A model generated the notes under the pieces. That model saw nothing but the letters and a program-made list of their open reading frames with translations, was not told the DNA's origin and did no database searches. From positions 64,001-128,000 of IMG/VR virus record IMGVR_UViG_2595698882_000001: a stretch of DNA of 64,000 bases; one strand, given 5' to 3'. The translations under genes were made by a program, and so were the position numbers. The stretch's first letter is position 1. Every line of letters starts with the position of its first letter. This DNA comes from a virus (taxonomy: Duplodnaviria; Caudoviricetes). Of the stretch, positions 1-10,539 are shown piece after piece.

Positions 1-693
1 TTTTTCCGGTTCGCTATTAACCCGGAGAACATGACAAGACCAAACCCACACAGGACAACAGCTATTAAAACAAAAAGTCGAATTGTAATAGAGGACTTCC
101 AATCAGATATCCCTACGATTACTATATCCGGTACAACAGGGTTCAATCCTACAGGGCGTGAGGAAGACAGAGGAGTCAAGAAGATCAGAGAACTAGAGCA
201 GTTTATTCGAGACTATTCTAGTATGGGAGGTAACGGTAGAACATCTGCTGACGATTTTTACTTCCATGACTTCACAAATGACGAGAGCTATGTTGTGCAT
301 TTATCTCCTGAAGGGATCACGTTTACACAAGATGTTAGTTCTCCACTATTATACCGCTATGAGATCAAGCTTGTGATTCTGAGACGTGCAAGTGAGCCAG
401 CAGATGAGGACATCGTGGACCCGGAAATTGGAAATAGGTTCCCATCAATTTCTCCGGGGGATGGAAACCTGTCTCCTGACCTATTTAAGGATGACCCTCT
501 AGAGGCTTACGATCCCTCTTCAGGAAATCCAGATGTCTATGATGGAGGTAACAGCGGGGTGTACATCCCTCCACAAGATGCGGAGCCGATAAACCCACAA
601 GCTCCATCACCTAGTGCATATGCCTATGGGATGTCTGGGTTAGGATACGCTATAGGCTACTACGCCCGTTCGATAGGAGGTAAGATGTCATGA
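1..693 (+). CDS. Virion/baseplate-region structural protein, 5'-truncated by the window edge
   Basis: Frame is open from position 1 (FFRFAINPEN...) into the 31..693 ORF; lies directly upstream of baseplate genes. Confidence 0.6.
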   Translation, partial: FFRFAINPENMTRPNPHRTTAIKTKSRIVIEDFQSDIPTITISGTTGFNPTGREEDRGVKKIRELEQFIRDYSSMGGNGRTSADDFYFHDFTNDESYVVHLSPEGITFTQDVSSPLLYRYEIKLVILRRASEPADEDIVDPEIGNRFPSISPGDGNLSPDLFKDDPLEAYDPSSGNPDVYDGGNSGVYIPPQDAEPINPQAPSPSAYAYGMSGLGYAIGYYARSIGGKMS

Positions 694-1208
694 GCTACTC
701 AGGAGATTTAATTAGATTCATCTCAGGAATACCCGTTTTAAATGATGGGACAATTCCGCTAAATACGATTAACACCAATGAACCTTTTGTCTCTAAACTG
801 TATGATCCCGTGTACTACCTGTCTACTCTTGCCCGGATCACCCAAGGGTATCTTACAGATGGTACAATAGAAGGAGACAACAATACTTTAGACTCTGGAA
901 CTATTGTAAGTCAAGCACTCAATAGTGACCTGTCCTCTTACTCTCCAGACGTGTACCTGCTGCTACGGGCAGTCGTACTAGAATCCTTCTCTTTAATTTA
1001 CAACATCGAGAAGGTGCCGCAGAACTTACAGTATGTAGGGACTAGAGACATACAGAACTGCAAAACAAACTTGAACTATATTGCCGACTATTTTAGTACG
1101 GAGTCTAAGTATTACCCGTTCATCGCTAACTTGAGAGATATGAATGTATCTTTCGGGTACATCGAGAATCAAATTGATGTCATCATGATTGAAAGGGGTG
1201 GAAGGTAG
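690..1208 (+). CDS. Hypothetical virion structural protein
   Basis: GGAGG RBS, ATGA overlap, position in the baseplate operon. Confidence 0.6.
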   Translation: MSYSGDLIRFISGIPVLNDGTIPLNTINTNEPFVSKLYDPVYYLSTLARITQGYLTDGTIEGDNNTLDSGTIVSQALNSDLSSYSPDVYLLLRAVVLESFSLIYNIEKVPQNLQYVGTRDIQNCKTNLNYIADYFSTESKYYPFIANLRDMNVSFGYIENQIDVIMIERGGR

Positions 1209-1945
1209 TGAAGTTCGTAAAGCACATTATCTCATACGGGGACACCATGCAAAGCATAGCTCAGCAAGAGTTAGGGGATATGACTCAATGGGTTAGTTTA
1301 GTCAAATTCAATAACCTAAAGTACCCATACATTGTAGACACGGTAGAAGAGAAGATGAAAAACCCGGACCACTTAGTAACAATCGGGGACACTCTTCTTA
1401 TTAAGATATCCGACGATGCTCAGTCCATCCTTATTAACGAGCTGAAGCGTTCTCCTGAATACGATCAGGAAGAGTTGTATGCTCTTGCCCTTGGGAAGGA
1501 CTTAGACATTCTGCCATTACCTAGAGGCATGGGAGACCCGGGAAGAGACTCAGAAACGTTGGAGATGAAGGGCAACAGTAGGGGCGGTATCGCTACTGTC
1601 CGAGGCATTCAGAACCTGAAGCAATCCTTGTACATAAGGCTTATCACCCCTAAAGGCAGCTACGTAGGTCATCCCAATTACGGGTCTGAACTACACAAGT
1701 ATTTAGGGATGAAGAACACCGAGGAGAACGCTGCTCTAATTGACTTAGAGATCGAGAGAACATTGAGGACCGACAGCCGGGTTAAGAAAGTGACGCTTAA
1801 TCAGCACGTCCTTAAAGGAAACTCCTATGCTGTATCCTTTAGTGTTTCAACCATGTCCTTAGAGGATGCCTTTGAGTTTGTACTATCCGCACAAAACAAC
1901 GGTCCAATAGCGCTATTGGATAATTTTAATGACGCCATAAGGTGA
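1208..1945 (+). CDS. Baseplate wedge protein (N-terminal LysM-like plus gp25/GPW-like domain)
   Basis: N-term GDTMQSIAQQELGD (LysM-like); C-term NLKQSL..RL.TPKGS...HPNYGSEL and DSRV typical of gp25/W; precedes baseplate J. Confidence 0.8.
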   Translation: MKFVKHIISYGDTMQSIAQQELGDMTQWVSLVKFNNLKYPYIVDTVEEKMKNPDHLVTIGDTLLIKISDDAQSILINELKRSPEYDQEELYALALGKDLDILPLPRGMGDPGRDSETLEMKGNSRGGIATVRGIQNLKQSLYIRLITPKGSYVGHPNYGSELHKYLGMKNTEENAALIDLEIERTLRTDSRVKKVTLNQHVLKGNSYAVSFSVSTMSLEDAFEFVLSAQNNGPIALLDNFNDAIR

Positions 1946-1958
1946 AAGGAGGGTGACC

Positions 1959-3005
1959 ATGAAGTTTAAACGTATGTCAGAAATATACTCACGTTTAGTT
2001 GACTACACAATTACAAACACAAGAGAGGTTAATGACTTCTCAGTCGGTAGTGCCATGAGAGCCCTATATGAGGCTATCTCGATTGAGTTAGAACAGTTCT
2101 ATATCCTGACAGAGGAGAACATAACTGAGGCTATTGAGCAGGGCGTATACAGCTCTTTTGGCTTCACAAGGAAGAAAGCAATTCGAGCTTACGGGGTAGT
2201 ACAAATTGCTTTACATAATGCCGCACAGCAGGACATGATTGTATCCCGAGGCTCCCGGTTCACTTCTAGCGAGTCAGAGTACCCTCAAGTGTACGAGACA
2301 CTGGTTGATTACTATATCCCTAAAGGGTCCATCCTAGCTGAAGTCGAAGTTCACTGTTTGTCCCCGGGTTCTACTGGAAATATCCCTGAAAATGTACTGG
2401 ACGTTATGCAGTCTCCATTAGCAAATGTTAAGTCTGTTACAAACCCGCAGGCATTCCAAACTGGACAGGATGAGGAACCGTTAGAGGAGCTTCGTTCCCG
2501 CTTCAGATCATTCATTAAAGCATTGAGTAGAGCCACCGTTCCAGCTATCGAATATGGTGTGCGTACAGTGCCGGAAGTAGCGGGAGTATACATTGAAGAA
2601 GAGACAGGTCGAGTAAACATATATGCTCACGACCGAAATGGGAACCTTCCTGACTCTGTTAAGACTAAGATCGAGGAAGTTATGTATGAGTACCGCCCCG
2701 CAGGTATTCCGGTTCGTATCTTCCCTGTGACAAGGAAAGCCATTGATGTAGACGTTGTGGTTACCTTAACCAACAAGGCAGCCATCACAGATACCTTTAA
2801 GAAGAAAATCCAAGATGAGATCGCTAGGTACCTGAACAACATGCAAACTTCTCAGAGCCTAGTTCTGTTAGACTTATCCAGCGTTATTAAGTACATAGAC
2901 CGACAGCTGATTTACGATGTTACATTCAAGAATCCTACCGGAAACGTAACCTTGAAAGGTTCTGAAATCATCCGGGCAGGCACAATCAAAGTAACCCTAC
3001 AATAG
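1959..3005 (+). CDS. Baseplate J-like protein
   Basis: DFSVGS, GSTGNI, GQDEE..EELRSR, VPEV and YRPAGI motifs of the baseplate J family. Confidence 0.9.
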   Translation: MKFKRMSEIYSRLVDYTITNTREVNDFSVGSAMRALYEAISIELEQFYILTEENITEAIEQGVYSSFGFTRKKAIRAYGVVQIALHNAAQQDMIVSRGSRFTSSESEYPQVYETLVDYYIPKGSILAEVEVHCLSPGSTGNIPENVLDVMQSPLANVKSVTNPQAFQTGQDEEPLEELRSRFRSFIKALSRATVPAIEYGVRTVPEVAGVYIEEETGRVNIYAHDRNGNLPDSVKTKIEEVMYEYRPAGIPVRIFPVTRKAIDVDVVVTLTNKAAITDTFKKKIQDEIARYLNNMQTSQSLVLLDLSSVIKYIDRQLIYDVTFKNPTGNVTLKGSEIIRAGTIKVTLQ

Positions 3006-3020
3006 GGAGGAGGAAAATAA

Positions 3021-4523
3021 ATGTCTTTCTTAAAGCACCTGCTGCCCGGGTGGAAAAGAAACATAGAGAATAAGACCACAGCAAACGGAGCTATCCTCGC
3101 AGCTATAGACACAGAGCTTACGAGCACTGAGATTGATATGATCAATAGTAAGACGCTCATGTCCTTAGACACTGCAACAGGGAAGTGGCTAGATCAGTAC
3201 GGCTCCCTGTTCGGTGTGCTGCGGAAGGATCAGGAAAGCGATGACGATTATAGAAAACGCATCATTAGCTATGTGCTGCTAAAGAGAGGTACCATCCCTG
3301 CGATCATTGACGCTCTCAGAGACTATCTACAAGATTATAGCTCATACATAGAAGTCTACGAGCCATATACGAATGTCTTCATTCTAAACCATTCCAAACT
3401 TAACAGCAAGGACCACTTCCTTGGAGAATACTACACTGTAGCGGTAATCGACATCAAGTTTTCCCGCCCCTTCCCGGCAGACATTATGGACGTTATAAAC
3501 GAGTTCAAGCCAGCTGGAGTAACTGTAAGGTTGACGTATCAACCGGGAGCAAATAACCCTGACGCACCTATTATAGACTCTGGTATTGATGACAAAGAAG
3601 GGTTGTCAAGTATCGAATGGCTCAGAATCATGAATGGTATGAACGACCGTATTCGAGGGCATCTAAATTTAACTGCACGGTCACGGGATGATAACGACAA
3701 CAGCGGTGTCTTTAGACTTAACCATAGTAAACTGAACTCTAATGACCGTCTTGCGGGGGCGTTCTCGGTAGGTAATGCTACTTACAACCTCGCTTCATTC
3801 TCTACTGCGGACTTAGTATTTAATAACGATACAAAAATAGCAGACGTACTCAGCGAGACAGAGAACATGTCTTCAGACTTCTACACTAAGACCGGAGAGA
3901 TCAACGATCTTTATGCTGCTCAGACAGTAGATGGCACTTCTAACAGTTATTTGTATTTCACAATGGATGTAGCTACTTATTTTGATGTGAACTACAGCAG
4001 CTACCTCCGAGAGGTACAGCCAGACGGTTTATATAACAAAGACACCTATTTAGCTCTAATAGACTCTCCATACGTCCAGTACCAAATGAACGCTATGTTA
4101 CCATCTACAAAAGCAACGCAGTATAGCCTACAACTGTTCAACCTTAATACCTCAACGTGGGATATAGTGGACAGCGGTACATTAAGCGTAGCGTATACGC
4201 AAGGGAAAGCGGCTATAGCGAGTATGGGGGACTATCTATCTGACAACGGTATTCTGTTTACCCGGGTTAGTCTAGAGCCAAATACTGGCACGTTAAGTTA
4301 TGACGGCGGCACCTTCACCGACACAGAAGTGACTTCAGTTATAGACGGTGGAGACTTCAGTGCAGTAACTCCGGCAGGAACAGTAGATGGGAATGTAAGT
4401 GAACCTTATGAGTTTAGACTCGGGTTCTATGAGTTTGGATTTATGAAAGACGTAGCAGTACGACCGACTATAGCCATGGGGGAAGAAGTTACAGGAAGCG
4501 GAACATTAGTCCCTATTCAATAA
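3021..4523 (+). CDS. Baseplate wedge/tail protein (gpI/DUF2612-like N-terminus)
   Basis: TATGKWLDQYGSLFGV.R...ESDDDYRKRI and KPAGV motifs; follows baseplate J; C-terminal DGG.F repeats. Confidence 0.75.
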   Translation: MSFLKHLLPGWKRNIENKTTANGAILAAIDTELTSTEIDMINSKTLMSLDTATGKWLDQYGSLFGVLRKDQESDDDYRKRIISYVLLKRGTIPAIIDALRDYLQDYSSYIEVYEPYTNVFILNHSKLNSKDHFLGEYYTVAVIDIKFSRPFPADIMDVINEFKPAGVTVRLTYQPGANNPDAPIIDSGIDDKEGLSSIEWLRIMNGMNDRIRGHLNLTARSRDDNDNSGVFRLNHSKLNSNDRLAGAFSVGNATYNLASFSTADLVFNNDTKIADVLSETENMSSDFYTKTGEINDLYAAQTVDGTSNSYLYFTMDVATYFDVNYSSYLREVQPDGLYNKDTYLALIDSPYVQYQMNAMLPSTKATQYSLQLFNLNTSTWDIVDSGTLSVAYTQGKAAIASMGDYLSDNGILFTRVSLEPNTGTLSYDGGTFTDTEVTSVIDGGDFSAVTPAGTVDGNVSEPYEFRLGFYEFGFMKDVAVRPTIAMGEEVTGSGTLVPIQ

Positions 4524-4548
4524 TTAACAGAGAGGTGGAGACTTACTA

Positions 4549-5601
4549 ATGGCAGACGTAGAAAAAAGAAAGATAAAATTTCGTAGGGGGCAGGAGGCAG
4601 ACTTACCAACCCTTGATGAGGGGGAGCCCGCCCTTACGTTAGATACTAATAAGTTCTTTATCGGAGGTACTAATGGGAACATCCAACTAGCCGATCAAAA
4701 AGACTTGGAAACTCTCTCAAGTAGTGTAGACGGCGTAAAAGAAGATGTCAGTACAGCCCAGACCGATATTAGTGGTTTAAAAACAGATGTTACTACTGCT
4801 AAAGAAGACGTTTCTAAATTACAGACAGATGTATCCACATTAAAGACAGACATGACTACTGCAAAGTCAGATATCTCTACTTTGAAGTCTGACGTAGGTA
4901 CCGCAAAATCGGATGTGTCTACTCTAAAGTCGGATATGACTACAGCAAAATCAAACATATCTTCTTTGCAGACGGACACCGGGTCTTTACAGACAGACGT
5001 AGGAGGTCTTAAAAACCTTATCAGCTCTAGTAACGGGGCAGTGGATGTGGGGGACGCTGCTATGGATGCCACAATTAAGGGTAAAGAAAAGGTATCAATT
5101 GCGGCTCCTGTACTAAATGTATCCTCTAGAGAAACATACCATCAAGGGAATTTTTGCAATCATGCAATATTCTCCGGCTCTGAAACTGTAACACCCGCTA
5201 CATTAGCTAAGGATGCGTATACTGATCTTACAGCGGTTCTAGATACCGTAGATTCCGCATTCCCAGCCGGATCAGCTTCAGCAGCAGCATATACAGTACC
5301 GAGAGAAGGCGTTTACTCCTTCAACGTCACGGTTAAAGTAACAACAGCGGTAACGGCTACAGCAGGGTACATTCGGTTCGGATTGAAACAAAGTAGAGGA
5401 GAGACTGTAACAGACCTTGACATCCAAGATGTACACTACTCTAATGCTTTCGGTACTCCTTTACTGAGTGCAACCTTTATTTATAAGTGCGCTGCGGGAG
5501 ACGTTATCACACCAGTAATAAAGCCGCTGACCGAGGATATCACAGTAGGTACAGGTTCGAAATGCAGTATCTACTTCCTCGGAGACAGTATTCAAGCTTA
5601 A
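4549..5601 (+). CDS. Tail fibre/receptor-binding protein: N-terminal attachment motif, heptad coiled-coil stalk, C1q/TNF-like head
   Basis: KFRRG....LPTL.EGEPA...DT..FFIG N-terminus; TAKSDIS/TLKSDVG heptads; YTVPREGVYSF C1q-like strand. Confidence 0.7.
   Translation: MADVEKRKIKFRRGQEADLPTLDEGEPALTLDTNKFFIGGTNGNIQLADQKDLETLSSSVDGVKEDVSTAQTDISGLKTDVTTAKEDVSKLQTDVSTLKTDMTTAKSDISTLKSDVGTAKSDVSTLKSDMTTAKSNISSLQTDTGSLQTDVGGLKNLISSSNGAVDVGDAAMDATIKGKEKVSIAAPVLNVSSRETYHQGNFCNHAIFSGSETVTPATLAKDAYTDLTAVLDTVDSAFPAGSASAAAYTVPREGVYSFNVTVKVTTAVTATAGYIRFGLKQSRGETVTDLDIQDVHYSNAFGTPLLSATFIYKCAAGDVITPVIKPLTEDITVGTGSKCSIYFLGDSIQA
4740..5015 (+). repeat. 21/42-bp degenerate tandem coding repeat (7/14-aa coiled coil)
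   Basis: About 12 heptads such as TAKSDIS TLKSDVG TAKSDVS TLKSDMT. Confidence 0.85.
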
Positions 5602-5628
5602 AGAGCCAGCTTTAATGGCTCTTTTTTG
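5602..5628 (+). terminator. Rho-independent terminator
   Basis: AGAGCCA...TGGCTCT stem followed by a T run. Confidence 0.75.
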
Positions 5629-5662
5629 TTGTATGGTATAATAAGTTTATGGAACTAGATAC

Positions 5663-5672
5663 TGTTATATTA
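5663..5672 (+). promoter_or_regulatory. Putative late promoter TGTTATATTA
   Basis: Matches the Twort/K-like late promoter consensus; variants at 9953 and 40768 (TGCTATATTA) and 51351 (TACTATATTA). Confidence 0.65.
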
Positions 5673-5720
5673 GTAATAGATACTGTTTACGAATGAGACA
5701 CGAGAGGGTGAAAATGAATA

Positions 5721-6251
5721 ATGGCTACTTCTACACTTTATTCCCATATTTATGACGCCATTCAGTTACAGTCAAAATGGGATAATGCATATTTAGTCTT
5801 TGGTAAGACATCTCCATGGACAGACGAAGACAACCCCCCACAAGAAGACCCTAATGCGACAGCCATTCAGGAGATTGTTGGTTATAAAAAAGTAAGACAA
5901 TTCTCACTGGCAAGACCTCTAGAACAAGGGGAGCAGCCTACAGACACGCCTTATCCGGTTGTGACATACAACCAGCAGCAGTGGGTGCTCATCCCTGTAG
6001 ATAAAGCTTACACGGAAAAGGCTCGATGGGTGTACATAGAAGCAGAAATCCAACCAGACGACTTTGCACTAGGGGAATACAGGCAGGTCGGTATCCATGT
6101 AGACCTAAAGCCTGCTAATGGAGTAACGAAGCAGAACTTACTACCTTCCGAGGTCGCAGACCCGGGAATTTTGCGCTTCTACGAAAATAGAAAGCGACAA
6201 ACAAGAACATCTAGTGTGTATGCATTAGAACAATTCTTAGTTAAATTATAA
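5721..6251 (+). CDS. Baseplate structural protein
   Basis: GKTSPW.DE..PP.ED, YRQVG and ENR motifs, T4 gp8-like; late promoter upstream. Confidence 0.7.
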   Translation: MATSTLYSHIYDAIQLQSKWDNAYLVFGKTSPWTDEDNPPQEDPNATAIQEIVGYKKVRQFSLARPLEQGEQPTDTPYPVVTYNQQQWVLIPVDKAYTEKARWVYIEAEIQPDDFALGEYRQVGIHVDLKPANGVTKQNLLPSEVADPGILRFYENRKRQTRTSSVYALEQFLVKL

Positions 6252-6265
6252 AGGAGTGAAATACT

Positions 6266-9200
6266 TTGGCAGATATCAACTTCGGTGTATCACCGTATAA
6301 TGATAGATTTAACCCGGATAGTAACAGAACCAAGGTACTTTTTAGACCTGACCGAGCACTCCAACAAGCTGAGCTAAACGAACTACAGTCTATTGCTGAG
6401 TATAACGTTAGACAGCTAGGTGACAGCCTCTTTGAGGATGGAGCAATGCAAACAGGGATGTCCTTCTCTATCGACTCTGAAGCTAAGACAATCACAGTCG
6501 AAGACGGGTCAGTATACCTCGCTGGTCGAGTTCGGGTATTCAAGAAACAAACGATCCCTTTCAATAGCTCAGGCAATGAAAAGATCGGTGTAAAACTTGA
6601 ACAAAAGATCATCGACTACAACATGGACCCTACTCTTCTTGACCAAACTCAAGGAGTGGATAGCTATCTATCTCCGGGTGCAGACCGATTAGAAGAAACT
6701 GTTGTTCTCACAAACAATGATGACAGCGCTCCAACTATTTATGAGTTCAATGACGGCGCTCTCTTTGTGCAGCCAGATCGTCCAGAGTTTTCTCTGATTA
6801 ACGACACACTGGCGCAGCGTACATATGAGGAGTCCGGCTCTTATCAGGTAGAAGGATTTAAAATGTGGTCTGAAAAGAGTCAGCAAGAAGGTAAAGTAGA
6901 CCTTCTAGTAGACCGAGGTACTGCTTATGTACTAGGATACCGGATCAATAAACCTACTGCTACACGTATTCCTGTAGACAAGTCTACTACATTTGCGAAC
7001 GTAGTGCAAGAGACACACACATACGATACAGCAGTTCGTAAGTCTAAAATTGGAAGTAGCTCAGTTAAGGATGTGACTCAGGTTATAGCCCGTACTCAGA
7101 GTCCGGCTGGAGGGGTTACACTTTCTAAGGGTGCTCAAGATGGACGGGACGCTCTACCTGCTCAATACACAAGTGTAGACCCGACTACTACAAAAGTTTG
7201 GACTACATCCCCAGAGAAATACTATACATATGGTACAGATTACAAGATCGTAGAGGAGAACGGCATTCAGTACGTAGACTGGAACACCGGAATGAACGGT
7301 ACTGAGCCTCCTACTGGTCAATCTTATAACATTTCGTTTGAGTACGACCGAGTGATGCAGCTGAATGTAGACTACAAAGTTACCAAGACTCCGGTAGAAG
7401 GTACTGCTGGATGGGATACCTATGTTGACTTTAATGGTATGACAGGCATCAAACCTAAAGATGGTGGGCTTATTCGAGTAAGCTACACCTACTATTTAGC
7501 TCGTGTAGACCTAATTACTCTTAACAGTAAAGGCGAGTTTGTAGTAATCCAAGGTCAGCCGGGAAGAGCAGATGCAGCACAAGCACCAGACCATGAGGAC
7601 CCATTAACTCTCCGTATTGGTACAATCTTTGTGTATCCTAACTCTGACCTTGCTGAGACGACTAATGATGGTATTATCCGGTTACGCATGGAAGACCTCC
7701 AGAAAATGAAGTCTCGTCTAGAAAACGTGGAGTACAACCAAGCGTTACTTGCTCTTGAGAACAACTCAATCGTAACTGAAGACCCTCTTGTCTTACGTGG
7801 AGTATTCGCAGACGGGTTCGTAGACTTTGACCGTATGGACCTCAACCAGTCATCTGTCGCAGTAAGCTTCGATGATGCGAGTATCACGCTAATGGTTAAC
7901 GCACCTTCTGATCAGCAGAAGGCTCCTGAGTTTGCTAAAGATAAATCTCTGGCTGCTCTGTGGGGTCGTATCATCACGGCACCTTATACAGAGACTAAAG
8001 AAATCTCACAGCCTTTGGCTACAGAAGCGATGAACGTTAACCCGTATGCGGTGTACAACAAGCTAGGTACCTTAAAGCTCACACCATCTGCGGACAACTG
8101 GATTGAAGAGAAAAAAGTAACAGTCAACAAAGAAACCACTAAGACAGTTCGTATGGACAGATGGTGGAGACATAACCGGACTACGACTAAGCACAAGGAC
8201 CTACAGTACCTAGTGGACAACTTAGACCTAGACGGAAACCAGCAGTGGGACATGGGTCTTAACTTAGCACAGGATAAGCTCGTAGGACGTACTGGTACCC
8301 TCACAGACGTAGCTACTACTGTTCGTGAGTCAGCTATTGAGTATATCCGTTCAAGAGAGATTTCCTTCACAGCTGAGAACTTGCAGCCAATGTCCAATAA
8401 CTTGTACCTGACATTCGATGGTCTACGAGTGAACATCACTCCAACCGGATCAACTGTAAAAGGTTCTGATACGGGAACGATCATGTCAGATGCAAACGGT
8501 AAAGCTTCTGGTAAGTTTACAATCCCAGAAGGGGTACGTACAGGAGTCCGTGAAGTTGTCCTACAGAATGACAGCAACAGCGCTATTACTACATACGTTG
8601 CTCAAGGTACTCTTAAAACAACTGAAGAAGTGGTTACACGTACCCGGGTTACGGTTAACCTATACGACCCGCTGGCTCAGTCCTTCGCCTTCCCTCAAGA
8701 CCGGGTAGTAACTAGCTTCGACTTGTACTTCGCTTCCAAGTCTAGCTCAGAAAATGTTATTGTTCAGGTCCGTGGGCTTTCTGAAGGTGGGTTCCCTAAC
8801 CAGACTGTTTATGCAGAACGCATCCTGACTCCAGCGCAGATCGTAACGTCTAGTGACGGTTCTAAGCCTACGAAGGTAGCCCTTGACGATCCGTTGATGT
8901 GTAAAGGCGGTCAGAGCTACTGTGTTGTTATTATCACAGACAGCAACGACTACACAATGTGGGTAGCTACTCTTGGACAGAACCGTATCGACAACCCGTC
9001 TACGAAGGTTGTATCCCAACCATACGTTAACGGTGTACTCTTCAGTTCATCTAACGCCCGTACTTGGACAGTTCACCAAGGTTCAGACCTTAAGTTTAGC
9101 GTATACACAGCGCAGTTCCAAGAGAACGCAGTTGTTGAGTTCAACACAATTTCAGACTTAGATTCTGACATGATCCTACTTATGGCTTCATACTTGACTC

Positions 9201-9766
9201 CGAATAACACTGGATGTTTATGGGAAGTAAAAGTAGTTCCTAAAGCGGACGTAGGCACTGTGTCCATTGACGATGTACCATGGCAGCCGTTAGCTAACTA
9301 CATTGAGCAGATCATGAATCCTACTGTAATCGGTCTTGTCAAGCTGAGAGCTACGTTTAAGGCTAATAGATACATTTCTCCAATGCTAACTCTAGAAGAT
9401 TTACTGTTCGTAAACTTCATCTCAGAGACTGCCGGAGATTACGTGTCTGTAAATATTGACGCAACCTCAGCTCCGTTTAATACTGTTACGGTTCAGTATG
9501 ATGCAGCTACGCCTACAGGAACGTCTGTGACACCTTATTACTCTTTAGATGCAGGGGAGACGTGGGTCAAGTTCGACAAACCTACAGATGTTCAACGTCA
9601 ATCCGCTGAGTATAGCCGCTATACGTTTACAAAACAAGTAGCAGGTGCCGGACAGAACTTAAAAACTCAGATTAAGTTCAAGCTTGAACTGAGGGCAGAT
9701 AACCGATTCGTAAGACCACGGGTAAGACGTTTCACCGGAGTGTTTAAAGACGAGATCATCTCTTAA
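6266..9766 (+). CDS. Large adsorption-associated tail/baseplate protein (DUF4815-like)
   Basis: SPYNDRF, VLFRPDRALQQAELNELQS, PGADR, LAQRTYEESGSY and DPLAQSF motifs. Confidence 0.85.
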   Translation: MADINFGVSPYNDRFNPDSNRTKVLFRPDRALQQAELNELQSIAEYNVRQLGDSLFEDGAMQTGMSFSIDSEAKTITVEDGSVYLAGRVRVFKKQTIPFNSSGNEKIGVKLEQKIIDYNMDPTLLDQTQGVDSYLSPGADRLEETVVLTNNDDSAPTIYEFNDGALFVQPDRPEFSLINDTLAQRTYEESGSYQVEGFKMWSEKSQQEGKVDLLVDRGTAYVLGYRINKPTATRIPVDKSTTFANVVQETHTYDTAVRKSKIGSSSVKDVTQVIARTQSPAGGVTLSKGAQDGRDALPAQYTSVDPTTTKVWTTSPEKYYTYGTDYKIVEENGIQYVDWNTGMNGTEPPTGQSYNISFEYDRVMQLNVDYKVTKTPVEGTAGWDTYVDFNGMTGIKPKDGGLIRVSYTYYLARVDLITLNSKGEFVVIQGQPGRADAAQAPDHEDPLTLRIGTIFVYPNSDLAETTNDGIIRLRMEDLQKMKSRLENVEYNQALLALENNSIVTEDPLVLRGVFADGFVDFDRMDLNQSSVAVSFDDASITLMVNAPSDQQKAPEFAKDKSLAALWGRIITAPYTETKEISQPLATEAMNVNPYAVYNKLGTLKLTPSADNWIEEKKVTVNKETTKTVRMDRWWRHNRTTTKHKDLQYLVDNLDLDGNQQWDMGLNLAQDKLVGRTGTLTDVATTVRESAIEYIRSREISFTAENLQPMSNNLYLTFDGLRVNITPTGSTVKGSDTGTIMSDANGKASGKFTIPEGVRTGVREVVLQNDSNSAITTYVAQGTLKTTEEVVTRTRVTVNLYDPLAQSFAFPQDRVVTSFDLYFASKSSSENVIVQVRGLSEGGFPNQTVYAERILTPAQIVTSSDGSKPTKVALDDPLMCKGGQSYCVVIITDSNDYTMWVATLGQNRIDNPSTKVVSQPYVNGVLFSSSNARTWTVHQGSDLKFSVYTAQFQENAVVEFNTISDLDSDMILLMASYLTPNNTGCLWEVKVVPKADVGTVSIDDVPWQPLANYIEQIMNPTVIGLVKLRATFKANRYISPMLTLEDLLFVNFISETAGDYVSVNIDATSAPFNTVTVQYDAATPTGTSVTPYYSLDAGETWVKFDKPTDVQRQSAEYSRYTFTKQVAGAGQNLKTQIKFKLELRADNRFVRPRVRRFTGVFKDEIIS

Positions 9767-9780
9767 GGAGGAGAGGCGGT

Positions 9781-9951
9781 ATGCCGTTAGAGAAACGTGA
9801 TCCAGTTTCTAAAGCACGCTTGTTTATCCCAACAAACGCAGAGAGGGCTCTGGTTAGAAGCCAGAACCTCTTGAATGAAAAATTAAAAGAGGTAGACGCC
9901 TTGATTGACAAACTCAAGGATGTAGATTCTTCCTCAAATGACAGCAATTAG
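9781..9951 (+). CDS. Small hypothetical protein, 56 aa (MPLEKRDPVSKARLFIPT...), absent from the ORF track
   Basis: AGGAGG RBS; ATG 9781 to TAG 9951. Confidence 0.75.
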   Translation: MPLEKRDPVSKARLFIPTNAERALVRSQNLLNEKLKEVDALIDKLKDVDSSSNDSN

Positions 9952-9961
9952 GTGCTATATT

Positions 9962-9995
9962 AAGGGAGATAGGAAACTATTCTCCCTTTTTTTTT
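9962..9995 (+). terminator. Rho-independent terminator
   Basis: AGGGAGA...TCTCCCT stem followed by a T run. Confidence 0.75.
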
Positions 9996-10021
9996 AATTA
10001 AATAATACAGGAGGTTTTAGC

Positions 10022-10537
10022 ATGCAAGAACGAGATAGTCTATACCACAACTTGCCTAATGCGATAGAGGTTATTTCAATGAAAGTGCTGGAGTTATCTA
10101 AAGCAGTGGAAAAAGAGCTAGGAGACATTGGGGATATCGGAGAAATATCAACTGAGCTGAATACACTTAAAAGTAACGTAGAATCTCTTACAAAGCAGCT
10201 GTCTGACCTATCCACACTTGTAGGTACTAAAGCAGACGCCGCTAAAGTGACCACCCTAGAAGGTCAGATCACCACTATCAACAACACGCTAAAGGGTAAA
10301 GCAGATGCCTCTACGGTTACTACTCTCGATGGAAAAGTTACAAACCTAACAACTGAGTTAGGGAAGAAGGCTGATTCGTCTACAGTCACTACACTGGACG
10401 GTAAAGTAACCTCTTTGACAACAGAAGTAGGTAAGAAAGCAGATGCTTCAACTGTGACTACTTTACAGCAGCAGGTTGAAGACTTAGCTAACAGAGTAAC
10501 TGCTTTAGAAAATGGTAGTGGAGGCACTACAACATAA
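10022..10537 (+). CDS. Coiled-coil repeat protein (fibre/whisker-like)
   Basis: Four 21-aa repeats KADxxxVTTLxGxxTxxxxxxG; late promoter upstream. Confidence 0.65.
   Translation: MQERDSLYHNLPNAIEVISMKVLELSKAVEKELGDIGDIGEISTELNTLKSNVESLTKQLSDLSTLVGTKADAAKVTTLEGQITTINNTLKGKADASTVTTLDGKVTNLTTELGKKADSSTVTTLDGKVTSLTTEVGKKADASTVTTLQQQVEDLANRVTALENGSGGTTT
10229..10470 (+). repeat. 63-bp tandem coding repeat, about 4 copies
   Basis: KADAAKVTTLEG / KADASTVTTLDG / KADSSTVTTLDG / KADASTVTTLQQ. Confidence 0.85.
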
Positions 10538-10539
10538 AC

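Noticed and set aside
4740-10470. Tandem repeats as a CRISPR array or DGR template/variable repeat pair
   Set aside because: The repeats are in-frame, degenerate at third codon positions and have no spacers; no cas or reverse transcriptase gene is present
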